Source: Thermoplasmata archaeon (GTDB taxonomy: Archaea > Thermoplasmatota > Thermoplasmata > Lutacidiplasmatales > UBA184). From it: a DNA stretch of 64,000 nt. Each line of letters opens with the position of its first letter. The first letter of the stretch is position 1. Both the position numbers and the translations under genes were made by a program. Location of the stretch: contig JAKAWX010000002.1 in assembly GCA_021816865.1 (NCBI GenBank), forward strand, positions 12,110 to 76,109. The letters are read 5' to 3'. Below the pieces are notes generated by a model. That model was not told the DNA's origin and made no database searches. It saw only the letters and a list, made by a program, of their open reading frames with translations. Shown here piece by piece: positions 36,840 through 46,113 of this stretch.

Positions 36840-37624
36840 CGAGCGCCTCCGGTCGCGAGCCCGCGCAGCCGGTCGCCGTGGACGAACGCCCGTCGCACGA
36901 CGCCCTTCACGTCGTCCGGCGAGAACGCGCCGATCAGTCCCTTCTGCATCGCCACCACGCGACCCGTCTCGTCCGTCGCGATCGTGATCCGGCCCTGCGC
37001 CGCCCGCTCCTCGTCGAACGTCGGGTCGACCACGATGGCGTCCCCGAGGCGAACGAACGTGCACTCGATCGGGACGTGCTGGACCTCGAGCGGGTAGTCG
37101 GCCTCGGCGATGCCGAACCGCTTCGCGGGCATGGTCGCGTGCGCGAGCGCCGAGACCGCCGCGAGGAGCGCCGCGTCGATCAGGTTGCCCGAGTGGTCGA
37201 GGACGTGGATGTCGGTGTAGCAGACCCAGCTCTTCTCGCCCGGGGTCACGCAGAGGCGGGTGAGGTCGATCGTCTCGGCCGCGCGGATGGCGCGGTCGAC
37301 AACGCGCGAGACCTCGATCGCCCCCGGCTGGGGAGGACCGGGCTCGAACGTCGGATTCGAGAGCGGGATGAGCTCGGCGTTGGTCGTCAGCACGCCGGCG
37401 TTCGGCGTGTCGGCAAACGGCTTACCGGGCTCGAGCTTGATGCCGGCGAGGACCGCCGTGTCCCCGATCCGTACGAGGGCGGAACCGTCGGCCGTCACGA
37501 CGAAGCCGGGTTCGACCGTGATCTTCCGGTACTCGTCGGGGCCCCGGCCGTCGAGCCGCTTTCCGTCGGCCGCGAGGTCGAGGATGTGGCTCGTCCGGAT
37601 CTCGGCGCTGACCTCTCCGCTCAT
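36836..37624 (-). CDS. rrp42: Exosome complex component Rrp42
   Basis: R.DGR...EYR, A.GSA.V.IG.T, RVVDRAIR, D..GNL.DA, DPT..EE. Confidence 0.96.
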   Translation of the reverse strand: MSGEVSAEIRTSHILDLAADGKRLDGRGPDEYRKITVEPGFVVTADGSALVRIGDTAVLAGIKLEPGKPFADTPNAGVLTTNAELIPLSNPTFEPGPPQPGAIEVSRVVDRAIRAAETIDLTRLCVTPGEKSWVCYTDIHVLDHSGNLIDAALLAAVSALAHATMPAKRFGIAEADYPLEVQHVPIECTFVRLGDAIVVDPTFDEERAAQGRITIATDETGRVVAMQKGLIGAFSPDDVKGVVRRAFVHGDRLRGLATGGAR

Positions 37625-38373
37625 GCCGAACCTCCCGCGAGCGGGGCGACCGAGTACCGGTCGCGCAGCGCCTGTTTCATCGTCTCGTGGATCGACCGGC
37701 ACCCCTTCACGCCCAGGTCGAGCGCCTGGGCGAGCTCGGCCTCCGTCATGTGGCCCTCCATCTGCAGGAGCACCAAGCGGCCGGACTGGGGCACCAGCGC
37801 CATCGGCAGGTCGGCCTCTCCGAAGTTGTCCTCTTCCTTCTTCAGGTCGAGGGCGATCGCCCCACCGATCTTGCCGACCGCGACCGAGGGCAGAAGGTCG
37901 ACCATCGGGATCCCGGCGTCCGCGAGCGCGACCGACGCGGCCACGACACCCGCGCAGCGGGTTCCGGCGTTCGCTTGAAGGACCTCGATGTAGACGTCGA
38001 TGCTCGTGCGGGGGAACTCTTCGGCGAAGACGACGGACTCGAACGCCTCGCCGATCACCTTCGAGATCTCCTGCGAGCGTCGGTCGAGCCCGGGACGCTT
38101 GCGCTCGTCGACCGAGAACGCCGCCATGTTGTAGCGGCACTGGATGACCGCCTTGTTGTTCTGCTGGAGGTGGCGGGGGTGGACCTCGCGGGGCCCGTAG
38201 ACCGCCGCCATCACCTTGTTCGCTCCCCACTCGACGAACGCCGAACCGTCGGCCTGGTGGAGCGCACCCGCCTGAATGCGGATCGGTCTCAGCTCGTCCA
38301 GACGCCGCCCGTCGATCCGTCGCCCGTCCGCGGTCAGGAGGACGGGGACCTCTTTCGCACCTACGCTTCCCAT
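37621..38373 (-). CDS. rrp41: Exosome complex exonuclease Rrp41
   Basis: R.DGR...ELR, ADGSA, YGPRE, DRRS.EIS, AGTR, ED..G..D.P. Confidence 0.97.
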   Translation of the reverse strand: MGSVGAKEVPVLLTADGRRIDGRRLDELRPIRIQAGALHQADGSAFVEWGANKVMAAVYGPREVHPRHLQQNNKAVIQCRYNMAAFSVDERKRPGLDRRSQEISKVIGEAFESVVFAEEFPRTSIDVYIEVLQANAGTRCAGVVAASVALADAGIPMVDLLPSVAVGKIGGAIALDLKKEEDNFGEADLPMALVPQSGRLVLLQMEGHMTEAELAQALDLGVKGCRSIHETMKQALRDRYSVAPLAGGSA

Positions 38374-38392
38374 GGTTCCTTCTCCGAATGTA

Positions 38393-39268
38393 TCAGTGAT
38401 CGCCCGGTTCGCCGGGCCCGGCCGCGTCGTCGGCCTCGTCCGCGAGGTCGCCCTCCTCGTCGTCGTCGGTGGATGCCGGCCGCGCGCCCGGGGCATCCCG
38501 GTGCGCCGTTTCGGCCGGTAGCGGCTCGGGTCCCTGCTCGCCCGTCGGCATCGTCGTCAGGAGGTAGCTTTCGATCCGCTCGGTGAGCCCCGGCCGCTGG
38601 CCGTTCTCCTCGATGGTGCGCAGGACCTCCGACACGCGGTGGATCGCCTCGGGGCTTCCGCCGATCCAGACGCGGCCGTTCTGTCCGACCGCGACCTGGG
38701 CGCCGGTGAGACGCGTGATCGTCTGGATCATCGACCCGCTGCGCCCGACCACCCGAGGCACTCGGGCGGGCGAGATGTGGATGATCGAGCCGCCGTCGAG
38801 CTTTCCCAGCCCCTCACCGACCATCGTCACTCCGATCCGGCCGGTCGCGTCGAGGTTTTCGACCTGGACGACGACGCTGTCCCCGACCCGGAGGAACCGG
38901 CCGGTCTCACCGACGTCGACCTTCCAGGGCGTCCCGGTCATGTGCAGGGGCGCCCAGCGGGGCGCGCCGATGTCGAGCAACCAGAACGTCGTCTGGACGT
39001 CCGTGACGGTTCCGATCACCACGTCGTTCGGGCGGGGGATGTACCGACCCGAGAGCGGGATCACCTGAACGAACGGCGGGCGGGCCGAGAGAAGGCCGAG
39101 GATGCTCGCGTAAACCTTCCCGCCGGTGCGGTAGGTCCCGTGGCCCGGTCGGAGGTCCCGGACCGGGAGCTCCTCGCCGGGAAGAACTAGTATGCGCTCG
39201 CCCGCGGATGGCGGGGCGGATGCCTCGCGACCGCGCCGCCGGCGGCCGGGCCGATTCCCTCTGGACAT
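38393..39268 (-). CDS. rrp4: Exosome complex RNA-binding protein Rrp4
   Basis: V.PGE, Y.P...D.VIG S1 domain, PRV.G..GSM KH domain, GQNGR.W. Confidence 0.95.
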   Translation of the reverse strand: MSRGNRPGRRRRGREASAPPSAGERILVLPGEELPVRDLRPGHGTYRTGGKVYASILGLLSARPPFVQVIPLSGRYIPRPNDVVIGTVTDVQTTFWLLDIGAPRWAPLHMTGTPWKVDVGETGRFLRVGDSVVVQVENLDATGRIGVTMVGEGLGKLDGGSIIHISPARVPRVVGRSGSMIQTITRLTGAQVAVGQNGRVWIGGSPEAIHRVSEVLRTIEENGQRPGLTERIESYLLTTMPTGEQGPEPLPAETAHRDAPGARPASTDDDEEGDLADEADDAAGPGEPGDH

Positions 39269-39304
39269 GTTCTGTGCTGCACCGGGGCGCGCGACGGAGG
39301 TGGC

Positions 39305-40000
39305 CTATTTAACTAACGCGGTCTCGGCCGTGCCCTTCGTGCGGGCGCCGAGCTTCTCGTAGAGCTCGGTCTGGACTCCGGCGGGGATCTCGACGAGGGC
39401 GCTCCAGCTGCCGTCCGAAAGCCATCGCTCCTCGGATATCCGGCCGAGTCCCTTGACTTCGCCGATCGCCCGCGGATAGTACTGGCCGGGGACCCGGACC
39501 CGGACCTTGACGACCTCGAAGCGGATCGGGATCAGCGGACGGAGCTTGGTGAGGACCTCCTGGACCTGCGCGTCGACGGGACGAAACGGGTCGACGTGGA
39601 CCTTCGCCTCGGCCATCGCCGACTCGATACGTGCGGGAGGGTGCGGCGCGCCCGTCTGCGGGTTCATCGCGTTACGGGCGATCAGGGTGACGATCTGTCG
39701 GTGCTTCGCGGCCTGGAGCTGGTGGCGCTGTTCGGTCGTGACCTGGACCTCGCCTTTGAGCACGATCTGACGGGCGATCTCGGCGAGGTTACGGGTGTGG
39801 AACGTCTTCTCGAGGTACTCCTCGGAGATCTTGTCGCCCTTTTTCGCGTCCTTGAATACCTGCTCGAGCGCGAGCTTGTCCGAGAGGTCGACGTCCTTGC
39901 CGTCCTTCAGGTCCTGGACGGCTTGGGGGTCGACCAAGACCTCGAACCGGGACCCGTGGGTCTCCCAGCGGGCGATGACCGCGTCGTCGACGTTGACCAT
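39305..40000 (-). CDS. SBDS-family ribosome maturation protein
   Basis: G.RFE.LV, VFKDA.KG, GE.Q.T.EQR, PHPP.RIE. Confidence 0.96.
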   Translation of the reverse strand: MVNVDDAVIARWETHGSRFEVLVDPQAVQDLKDGKDVDLSDKLALEQVFKDAKKGDKISEEYLEKTFHTRNLAEIARQIVLKGEVQVTTEQRHQLQAAKHRQIVTLIARNAMNPQTGAPHPPARIESAMAEAKVHVDPFRPVDAQVQEVLTKLRPLIPIRFEVVKVRVRVPGQYYPRAIGEVKGLGRISEERWLSDGSWSALVEIPAGVQTELYEKLGARTKGTAETALVK

Positions 40001-40022
40001 CGGGGCCCCTAGCGGGGAGGCA

Positions 40023-40778
40023 CTACGCGCGGTTGCTCTTACCCGTTCCGCCCGGGGCGGGAAGACGGGCGACGTACTTCTGGACCTCGTCGGACGGCAG
40101 CCGGGTCATCCCGACCCCCCGTTCGACGGCGCAGACCTCGACCTGGGCCAGGTTCCCGCCCTCCTCGAGGCCCGCGCGCAGCCCCTCGAGGGCGAGCAGG
40201 ATCGCCGCGTCCCGGTCGAGGCCGGGCCGGTACTTCTGCTCGAAGAGGTCCATCACGGGACCCTTGTTGCCGCCCGTGCTCGCCGCCTTGAAGCTGGTGA
40301 GCGAGCCCGACGGTTCGGTCTCGAAAAGGTGGACACCGGTGTCGTCGTATCCGCCGACCAGGAGCGCCGTACCGAACGGGCGGACCCCGCCGTACTGGGT
40401 GTACTGTTGCTTGTAATCGCAGATGCGGCGGACGAGGAGCTCGACCGACATCGGCTCGGCATACGTGACGCGGTTGATCTGCGCCGAGAGCCGGGCGTAG
40501 TCGACCAGGACGCGGGCGTCGGCGACCAACCCTGCGGTCGCGCACGCGATGTTCTCGTCGATCTGATGGACCTTTTCGAGGCTCGCCGGTTCGGCCAGCT
40601 TCGGGTTGGGGATTCGCCGGTCGGCGATCAGGACCACGCCGTCGGTAAAGACCACTCCGGCGGTCGTCGCGCCGCGCCGTACCGCCTCGCGGGCGTATTC
40701 GACCTGGAAGAGTCGACCGTCGGGCGAGAAGACCGTGATCGCCCGGTCGTAGGCCATCTGGCCGGGTTGCATCTCCAT
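40023..40778 (-). CDS. psmA: Proteasome subunit alpha
   Basis: YDRAITVFSPDGRLFQVEYA, GLVADAR, RPFG. Confidence 0.97.
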   Translation of the reverse strand: MEMQPGQMAYDRAITVFSPDGRLFQVEYAREAVRRGATTAGVVFTDGVVLIADRRIPNPKLAEPASLEKVHQIDENIACATAGLVADARVLVDYARLSAQINRVTYAEPMSVELLVRRICDYKQQYTQYGGVRPFGTALLVGGYDDTGVHLFETEPSGSLTSFKAASTGGNKGPVMDLFEQKYRPGLDRDAAILLALEGLRAGLEEGGNLAQVEVCAVERGVGMTRLPSDEVQKYVARLPAPGGTGKSNRA

Positions 40779-40930
40779 CGGGGGCGCCTCGGCTCGGGCA
40801 CTGAGGTCCCCCATATAACGAGCGCGCGCGCAGTAACTCGTCCGACAGCCGGTTACGGTACCTCTCGGCTCGCCGACGGCCTTGGCCGTCGCGGAGAAGG
40901 GTAAAGGCGCCCTGCCGCCGTTCCCCCCGG

Positions 40931-43042
40931 GTGTCGACCCACGGAACCTCCTCACGACCGGGGGCGTCCCGCCTCGCGGGGGCCTCCTCCGCATACCTGC
41001 GGGCCGCCGTCGGGCAGCCGATCGATTGGCATCCGTGGGGCGCCGAACCGTTCTCGCTCGCGAGGGAGAACGGCCGTCCGGTCCTCCTCGACATCGGGGC
41101 GTCGTGGTGCCACTGGTGCCACGTGATGGACGAGGGGACGTACGCCGACCCCGAGGTGGCGACGCTGCTGGACCGGCATTTCGTCGCCGTCAAGGTCGAC
41201 CGCGACGAGCATCCCGAGGTCGACCGTCGCTACCAGCGGCAGGTCGGCGCCCTCACGGGCGAGGGCGGCTGGCCCCTCACCGCATTCCTCACCCCGGACG
41301 GAGAGGTCTTCCTCGGCGGCACGTACTTCCCTCCCGAGGACGGGCACGGGCGGCCCGGGTTCCGCCGGGTCCTCCGGGAGGTCGCGCGCGTCTTCCGCGA
41401 CGAGCCCGCACGCGTCCTCGAGAACGCTCGGGCGGTCCAGGACGCGATCGTCCGGATGCGAGACGCCGCGAGGGGCGAACCCCGGGCACGGGGCATGTTT
41501 GTTGCCAACGTCCGGGCGTCGCTTCTCTCCTCCTACGACCCCGTGAACGGCGGGTTCGGCACGGCCCCGAAGTTCCCGCACCCCACGGCCGTCTCCTTCC
41601 TGCTCGTCGACAGCTTCGTCCGGGACGCCGCCGCGAGCGCCGACCGGGCGCGGGACACACTCGCCCGGATGGCCGACGGAGGTCTCTACGACCAGGTCGG
41701 GGGCGGGTTCCACCGCTACTCGGTCGACGAGGGGTGGCACGTCCCGCACTTCGAGAAGATGGGGATCGACAATGCGGCGCTCCTTCTCGCGTACGTCGAG
41801 GGGGCCCAACGGTTCCACGAGCCCCGGTTCGAAGAAGTCGTGCGGGGGACGGCGGGGTGGGTCCGCGAGGTGCTCGCCGACCCGCTCGGAGGGTTCGGGG
41901 CCAGCCAGGATGCCGACAACGCCCCGGGCGACGATGGGGGGTACTTCACCTGGACCCGGGCCGAAATCCGGGCGGCGCTCGGACCCGAGGACGCGAAGCT
42001 CGCCGTCCGCTACTTCGGGTTGGGGACCGAAGGTCGGATGCCCCACGATCCGGACCGCAACGTCCTCTTCCGCTCGCTGCCGCCGTCCGACGCGGCCGAG
42101 GGCCTCACGCTCGACGGAGGGCCGACCGCGGCGCTGGCCCGGGCACTTGACGGCCTCCGGGCCGCCCGCGCCCGTCGGCCCACGCCGACCATCGACCGTG
42201 CCGTGTACGCGGACATCAACGGACACTTCGTCCGCGCGTTCGCGCGGGCGGGCGCCTTCCTCGGCGACGCATCGGTCGTGGCCGATGCCCGCCGGGCCGC
42301 CGACCGATTGCTCGAAGGCGCCTACCGGCCCGGTGTGGGGATGGCGCACCGGCTCGGCGTTGACGGGCCGAGCGGTTTCGGGCTCCTCGAGGACCAGGTG
42401 GCGTTCGCCGCCGGGCTCACGGAGCTCGCGGGAACTCTCGGGGACCCCCGGTACGTCGCTCCCGCCTCGGAACTCCTCTCGCTCGTCGACCGCGAGTACC
42501 GAGGGGAAGACGGTCTCCTGCGCGATGTGGCTCCGAAGTTCTACGACGGTCCCCCCGTCGGGGGGGTCGATCGGGCGTCGTACCCGCTCGAGGACAGTCC
42601 CCACCTCTCCGCGAACGCCGCCGCCGCCCTCGGGTTCCTTCGGCTCGGGTCGCTCCTCCACGACGACTCCTGGCGCGCGAAGGCGGCCGCGCTGCTGGGG
42701 CCGATCTCCGCCCGCGTCGGGGATGCAGGCCTCTTCGCGGCCGGGTCCGCGCTCGCGGCGGACCTCCTCGACATCGAACCCGTGACCGTCGTCGTCGAAG
42801 GGAACGGCCCCGCCGCCCGGGACCTCGCGCGGGCCGCACGGACGACCTGGCACCCGAACCTCTGGGTCTTTGAGGGCCGGCCGGCCCCTCCGATCTCGCT
42901 TCCCGGCGAGATCACCGAGCTGCCGGAGCGCACGGAGCCCCGCGCGCTCGTTTGCTTCGGCACCTCCTGCGCGCCGCCGGTCAGCGACCCCGGTGGGCTC
43001 GCGTTGCTCCTGGCGGCGCGGACGCCGACGTCTTCGGGATAG
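40931..43042 (+). CDS. YyaL/SPATA20-like thioredoxin-domain protein
   Basis: RL....S.YL, W.PWG, WCHWCHVM, VKVDR.E.P, GGWP, APKFP, GGF.RYS.D..W.VPHFEKM. Confidence 0.93.
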   Translation: MSTHGTSSRPGASRLAGASSAYLRAAVGQPIDWHPWGAEPFSLARENGRPVLLDIGASWCHWCHVMDEGTYADPEVATLLDRHFVAVKVDRDEHPEVDRRYQRQVGALTGEGGWPLTAFLTPDGEVFLGGTYFPPEDGHGRPGFRRVLREVARVFRDEPARVLENARAVQDAIVRMRDAARGEPRARGMFVANVRASLLSSYDPVNGGFGTAPKFPHPTAVSFLLVDSFVRDAAASADRARDTLARMADGGLYDQVGGGFHRYSVDEGWHVPHFEKMGIDNAALLLAYVEGAQRFHEPRFEEVVRGTAGWVREVLADPLGGFGASQDADNAPGDDGGYFTWTRAEIRAALGPEDAKLAVRYFGLGTEGRMPHDPDRNVLFRSLPPSDAAEGLTLDGGPTAALARALDGLRAARARRPTPTIDRAVYADINGHFVRAFARAGAFLGDASVVADARRAADRLLEGAYRPGVGMAHRLGVDGPSGFGLLEDQVAFAAGLTELAGTLGDPRYVAPASELLSLVDREYRGEDGLLRDVAPKFYDGPPVGGVDRASYPLEDSPHLSANAAAALGFLRLGSLLHDDSWRAKAAALLGPISARVGDAGLFAAGSALAADLLDIEPVTVVVEGNGPAARDLARAARTTWHPNLWVFEGRPAPPISLPGEITELPERTEPRALVCFGTSCAPPVSDPGGLALLLAARTPTSSG

Positions 43043-43838
43043 GCAACGGACCCAGGTCCGTCCCATCGAGCAGATAGGCCCGCGCGACCCCGCGGGAGAG
43101 GAAACGTCCGTAGAGGAACGAGCGACCGCGCGCCGGCCGATCGCGGTTGAGCGACTCGGTGCCGGCGACCGGGTTGAACGCGGGGACGACCACGATTTCC
43201 CGGGCACTCACGTCCGCGTGCCGGCGGCGCCGGACGGGCCGGGCGGGTTCCGGCTCTCGCTCGACGCGGACCCAGCATCGCCGCTTCCCGTCCGGGTCCG
43301 CCGCGGTGGGGGCGAGCCGGAACCCCGGGTGAAGGTGGCCGGCGACCAGTCGGCTCGCGCGCAGCACGGAGTTCGACGGCCAGGCATGGCCGTGGAAGAT
43401 CCCGACCCCGTCGCGCACGGTGCCGCCGACAGGAAAGACATCCACCTCGCGGGGCAGGTGGGGGACGATCCCGACGTCGTGGTTGCCGAGGACGAGACCT
43501 ACCCGTACGTCGTCCGAGAGGATCCGGGCGAAGAACCCGAAGACGACCGGCCGAAGGGTCGGCGGCGTGCCGACGATCGGGTGCTTGGCATCGCCCGCGA
43601 TGAGCACTTCCTCGGTCCCCGTGCTCTTCACGAGCGCGATCAGCTGGTCGGCCAAGCGGTCCGCGGACCCCTCGGGCGGTCCCCCCGGGCGCTCGAGGGT
43701 TCCCCCGAGGCCGAGATGGACGTCCGCGATCACGAGGGTCCGCGGAGCGTCGCGACGGTCGGGCTCGAGCAGGAGGGCGGGCGCGTCCGGTACCGGGACG
43801 AGGCGGGTCGGCACGGACCGGGGTACGGGGCGGCCCAC
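42981..43838 (-). CDS. Calcineurin-like metallophosphoesterase
   Basis: AD.HLG, GD.KH, GNHD, HGH, GH.HP, PAFN motifs; start may be slightly downstream. Confidence 0.9.
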   Translation of the reverse strand: MGRPVPRSVPTRLVPVPDAPALLLEPDRRDAPRTLVIADVHLGLGGTLERPGGPPEGSADRLADQLIALVKSTGTEEVLIAGDAKHPIVGTPPTLRPVVFGFFARILSDDVRVGLVLGNHDVGIVPHLPREVDVFPVGGTVRDGVGIFHGHAWPSNSVLRASRLVAGHLHPGFRLAPTAADPDGKRRCWVRVEREPEPARPVRRRRHADVSAREIVVVPAFNPVAGTESLNRDRPARGRSFLYGRFLSRGVARAYLLDGTDLGPLPIPKTSASAPPGATRAHRGR

Positions 43839-43938
43839 GAAGACCCTTCGTGCCCCGCACGGCCCTCCCGTACGTCTCGACAGGTCCGGCCGTGGCTCTT
43901 TATATACAAGCGGAAACTGAAATCTTACGGGGACCGGG

Positions 43939-44916
43939 ATGCCACGAGACCGCGAACGGGCGATCGGCCGAATCCGCGCGTTCCTCGAGCGAGCCGGTTT
44001 CTACGTGGCGGACACGCACGGGATACGTCCGTCGAGCTTCGACCTCGCCGCGCGCCGCGACGCGACGCTCCTCCTCGTTAAGGTCCTGAAGAACATCGAC
44101 GCGCTCGACGCCGGCGAAGCGGGCCGGCTGCGCGAACTGGGGCGCCTCTTTCCCGCGATCGTTCTCGTGATCGGGCAGACGTCGGGTGCCTCCGACCTCG
44201 ATCCGGGCGTCGTCTACACCCGGTACGACGTACCGATCATCAACGAGGAGACCCTGGCCGGATTCCTCGAGAAGGCCGCGCTGCCGTTCCTCTACGCGAG
44301 CCCGGGCGGGATCTTCGCCCGGATCGACGGCGAGCGCCTCCACGACCTGCGCGTGCGCCGGGGGTTGTCGCTCGGAACGCTTGCGTCGATCGCCGGGGTC
44401 TCGCGGCGGGCGATCCAGCTCTACGAGGACGGCGCCGGCGCCGAGGTGACGGTCATCGACCGTATCGAAGCGTATCTCGGCGTTCCGGTCATCGAGCCGA
44501 TCGACCTCTTCGAGGCGATGCGGACGGGGCACCGGCGCCCGGCGGCCGGCGAGGGCGACCGCGGATCCGAGCGCGCCATCCCGCGGTCGGGGGACCCCTG
44601 GAGGGACGGCGTTCTCCAGCAGCTCGACGGGATCGGGCTCGAGATGACCTTGACCGCGCGCGCGCCGTTCGATGCCCTCGCGCGGACCCCCGACATCCTG
44701 CTCGCGGCGATCGGGAGCCTGCGAACCGCGCTCCACCGGGCGGAGCTGCTTCACGGGCTCGCCCGCGTCGCGGAGGGCCACGCGATGTTCGTCGTGCGCG
44801 AGAACGTTCACCGTCCGTCGATCGACGGCCTGCCGATCCTCACGATCGCCGAGCTACGGCGTCACCGGGACGCGGACGACCTGATCGACGCCATCTCCGA
44901 GCGGGAAGGCGCGTGA
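43939..44916 (+). CDS. Archaeal Xre-type HTH transcriptional regulator with nuclease-like N-terminal domain
   Basis: SFDL.AR...LL.KVL.NID, GG....IDG..L...R...GLSLG.LA...GVSRR.I..YE; TTTATATA at about 43898-43905 upstream. Confidence 0.88.
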   Translation: MPRDRERAIGRIRAFLERAGFYVADTHGIRPSSFDLAARRDATLLLVKVLKNIDALDAGEAGRLRELGRLFPAIVLVIGQTSGASDLDPGVVYTRYDVPIINEETLAGFLEKAALPFLYASPGGIFARIDGERLHDLRVRRGLSLGTLASIAGVSRRAIQLYEDGAGAEVTVIDRIEAYLGVPVIEPIDLFEAMRTGHRRPAAGEGDRGSERAIPRSGDPWRDGVLQQLDGIGLEMTLTARAPFDALARTPDILLAAIGSLRTALHRAELLHGLARVAEGHAMFVVRENVHRPSIDGLPILTIAELRRHRDADDLIDAISEREGA

Positions 44917-45566
44917 TCTCCGCGCGCGTAGGCCCCGGGGGCTCGACGCTCCTGGTCGCGCCGGTGCGGGGGCTCACGTCCGAGGCGACCCTCCTCGCGG
45001 AGGCGCTCGATGCGTTTGGCCCCGATAGGGTCGGACTCGGGGTTTCGGCGGAGGAGTTCGAGGGGCTCAACACCTACTTCGTCCGGTCCGGCGCGGAGCC
45101 GATCGTTCCACTCTCGCCGGCCGAAACGAGCGAGGTTCGGGGGCTCGTGCGGTTCGGCGAGGTGAGCGTGCCCAACCCCTCGTTCGTCCGGGCGATCGGT
45201 TGGGCCCGGGACCGGGGGCTCCGGGCCGAGCCCCTCGACCCGAGCGACGAGCGCTCGGCGTCCCTCTTCGCCGAGCACATCGGCTACCTCGAGCTCGTTC
45301 GTCGCACCGTGCGCGAGCGCGGCGTGGGGCGGCGTCCGCCCGAACCGTCGACGCCGGACGAATTCGCCCTCGCGTGGGACCGCGAGGTCTCGGGGGGCCG
45401 TGGATCCCGGGAGTTCGCCCGAGCTCGCGACCGACACCTCGTCCGGGAGGCGCGTCGGCTGGGGTCGGACGGCGGCCGGTTGGCGCTCGTCGTCGACCGC
45501 GAACGGTTCGACGAGGTCCGGGAGCTCTTCGACCGCGGGCCGCCGTCGACGATCGAGAGCGACTGA
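44913..45566 (+). CDS. Hypothetical protein, apparent degenerate TraB-like fold
   Basis: GTGA overlap with the regulator; motif spacing parallels TraB but His/Glu ligands absent. Confidence 0.72.
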   Translation: MISARVGPGGSTLLVAPVRGLTSEATLLAEALDAFGPDRVGLGVSAEEFEGLNTYFVRSGAEPIVPLSPAETSEVRGLVRFGEVSVPNPSFVRAIGWARDRGLRAEPLDPSDERSASLFAEHIGYLELVRRTVRERGVGRRPPEPSTPDEFALAWDREVSGGRGSREFARARDRHLVREARRLGSDGGRLALVVDRERFDEVRELFDRGPPSTIESD

Positions 45567-45570
45567 GCCC

Positions 45571-46113
45571 TCAGTCGTCGCGCGCGAGCGCCTTCTCGAG
45601 GGCGGCGCGCGCGTCCCGCCGGAACTGGTCGAGCGGTCCCTCGTTCACGAGCATCGCGTCGGCGAGCGTGAACGCATTGCCGATCCCCCACTTGAGTTCC
45701 CGGCGGTCGCGCTCGTAGAACTCCTCGAGACCCGCGCCGTCGTCGCTGCGGCCGCGCGAGGTCATGCGGGCGTGGCGCGTCTCGGGGGACGTGAAGATCG
45801 CGAGGACGAAGAGGTCGCCGAAGTGGTGACGGAAGACGGTGACCTCGCTGTCCGACCGGCAGCCGTCCACGAGCATCCGCGTCTCGGTGAGCTTCGGGAG
45901 CGCGCGCTGCGCCCAGACCGCGGGGCCGTGCTTCTCGCGCTCCTCGGAAGCGATCCGGGCGACGTTCGCGTTCGTGACCGGGAGCCCGCGACGCCGGGTC
46001 TCGTCGCGCACGAGATCCCCCATCTTGAGGGTCGCGAGCCCCATCGACTGGGCGATCCCGACAAGCTCGTCCTTGCCCGAACCGGGCATCCCGACCGTTA
46101 CGATGAGTTTCAT
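45571..46113 (-). CDS. P-loop nucleotide kinase, archaeal dephospho-CoA kinase-like
   Basis: VGMPGSGK, MGD.VR, DG.RS..E, RGRSDD, RD.REL..G. Confidence 0.88.
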   Translation of the reverse strand: MKLIVTVGMPGSGKDELVGIAQSMGLATLKMGDLVRDETRRRGLPVTNANVARIASEEREKHGPAVWAQRALPKLTETRMLVDGCRSDSEVTVFRHHFGDLFVLAIFTSPETRHARMTSRGRSDDGAGLEEFYERDRRELKWGIGNAFTLADAMLVNEGPLDQFRRDARAALEKALARDD

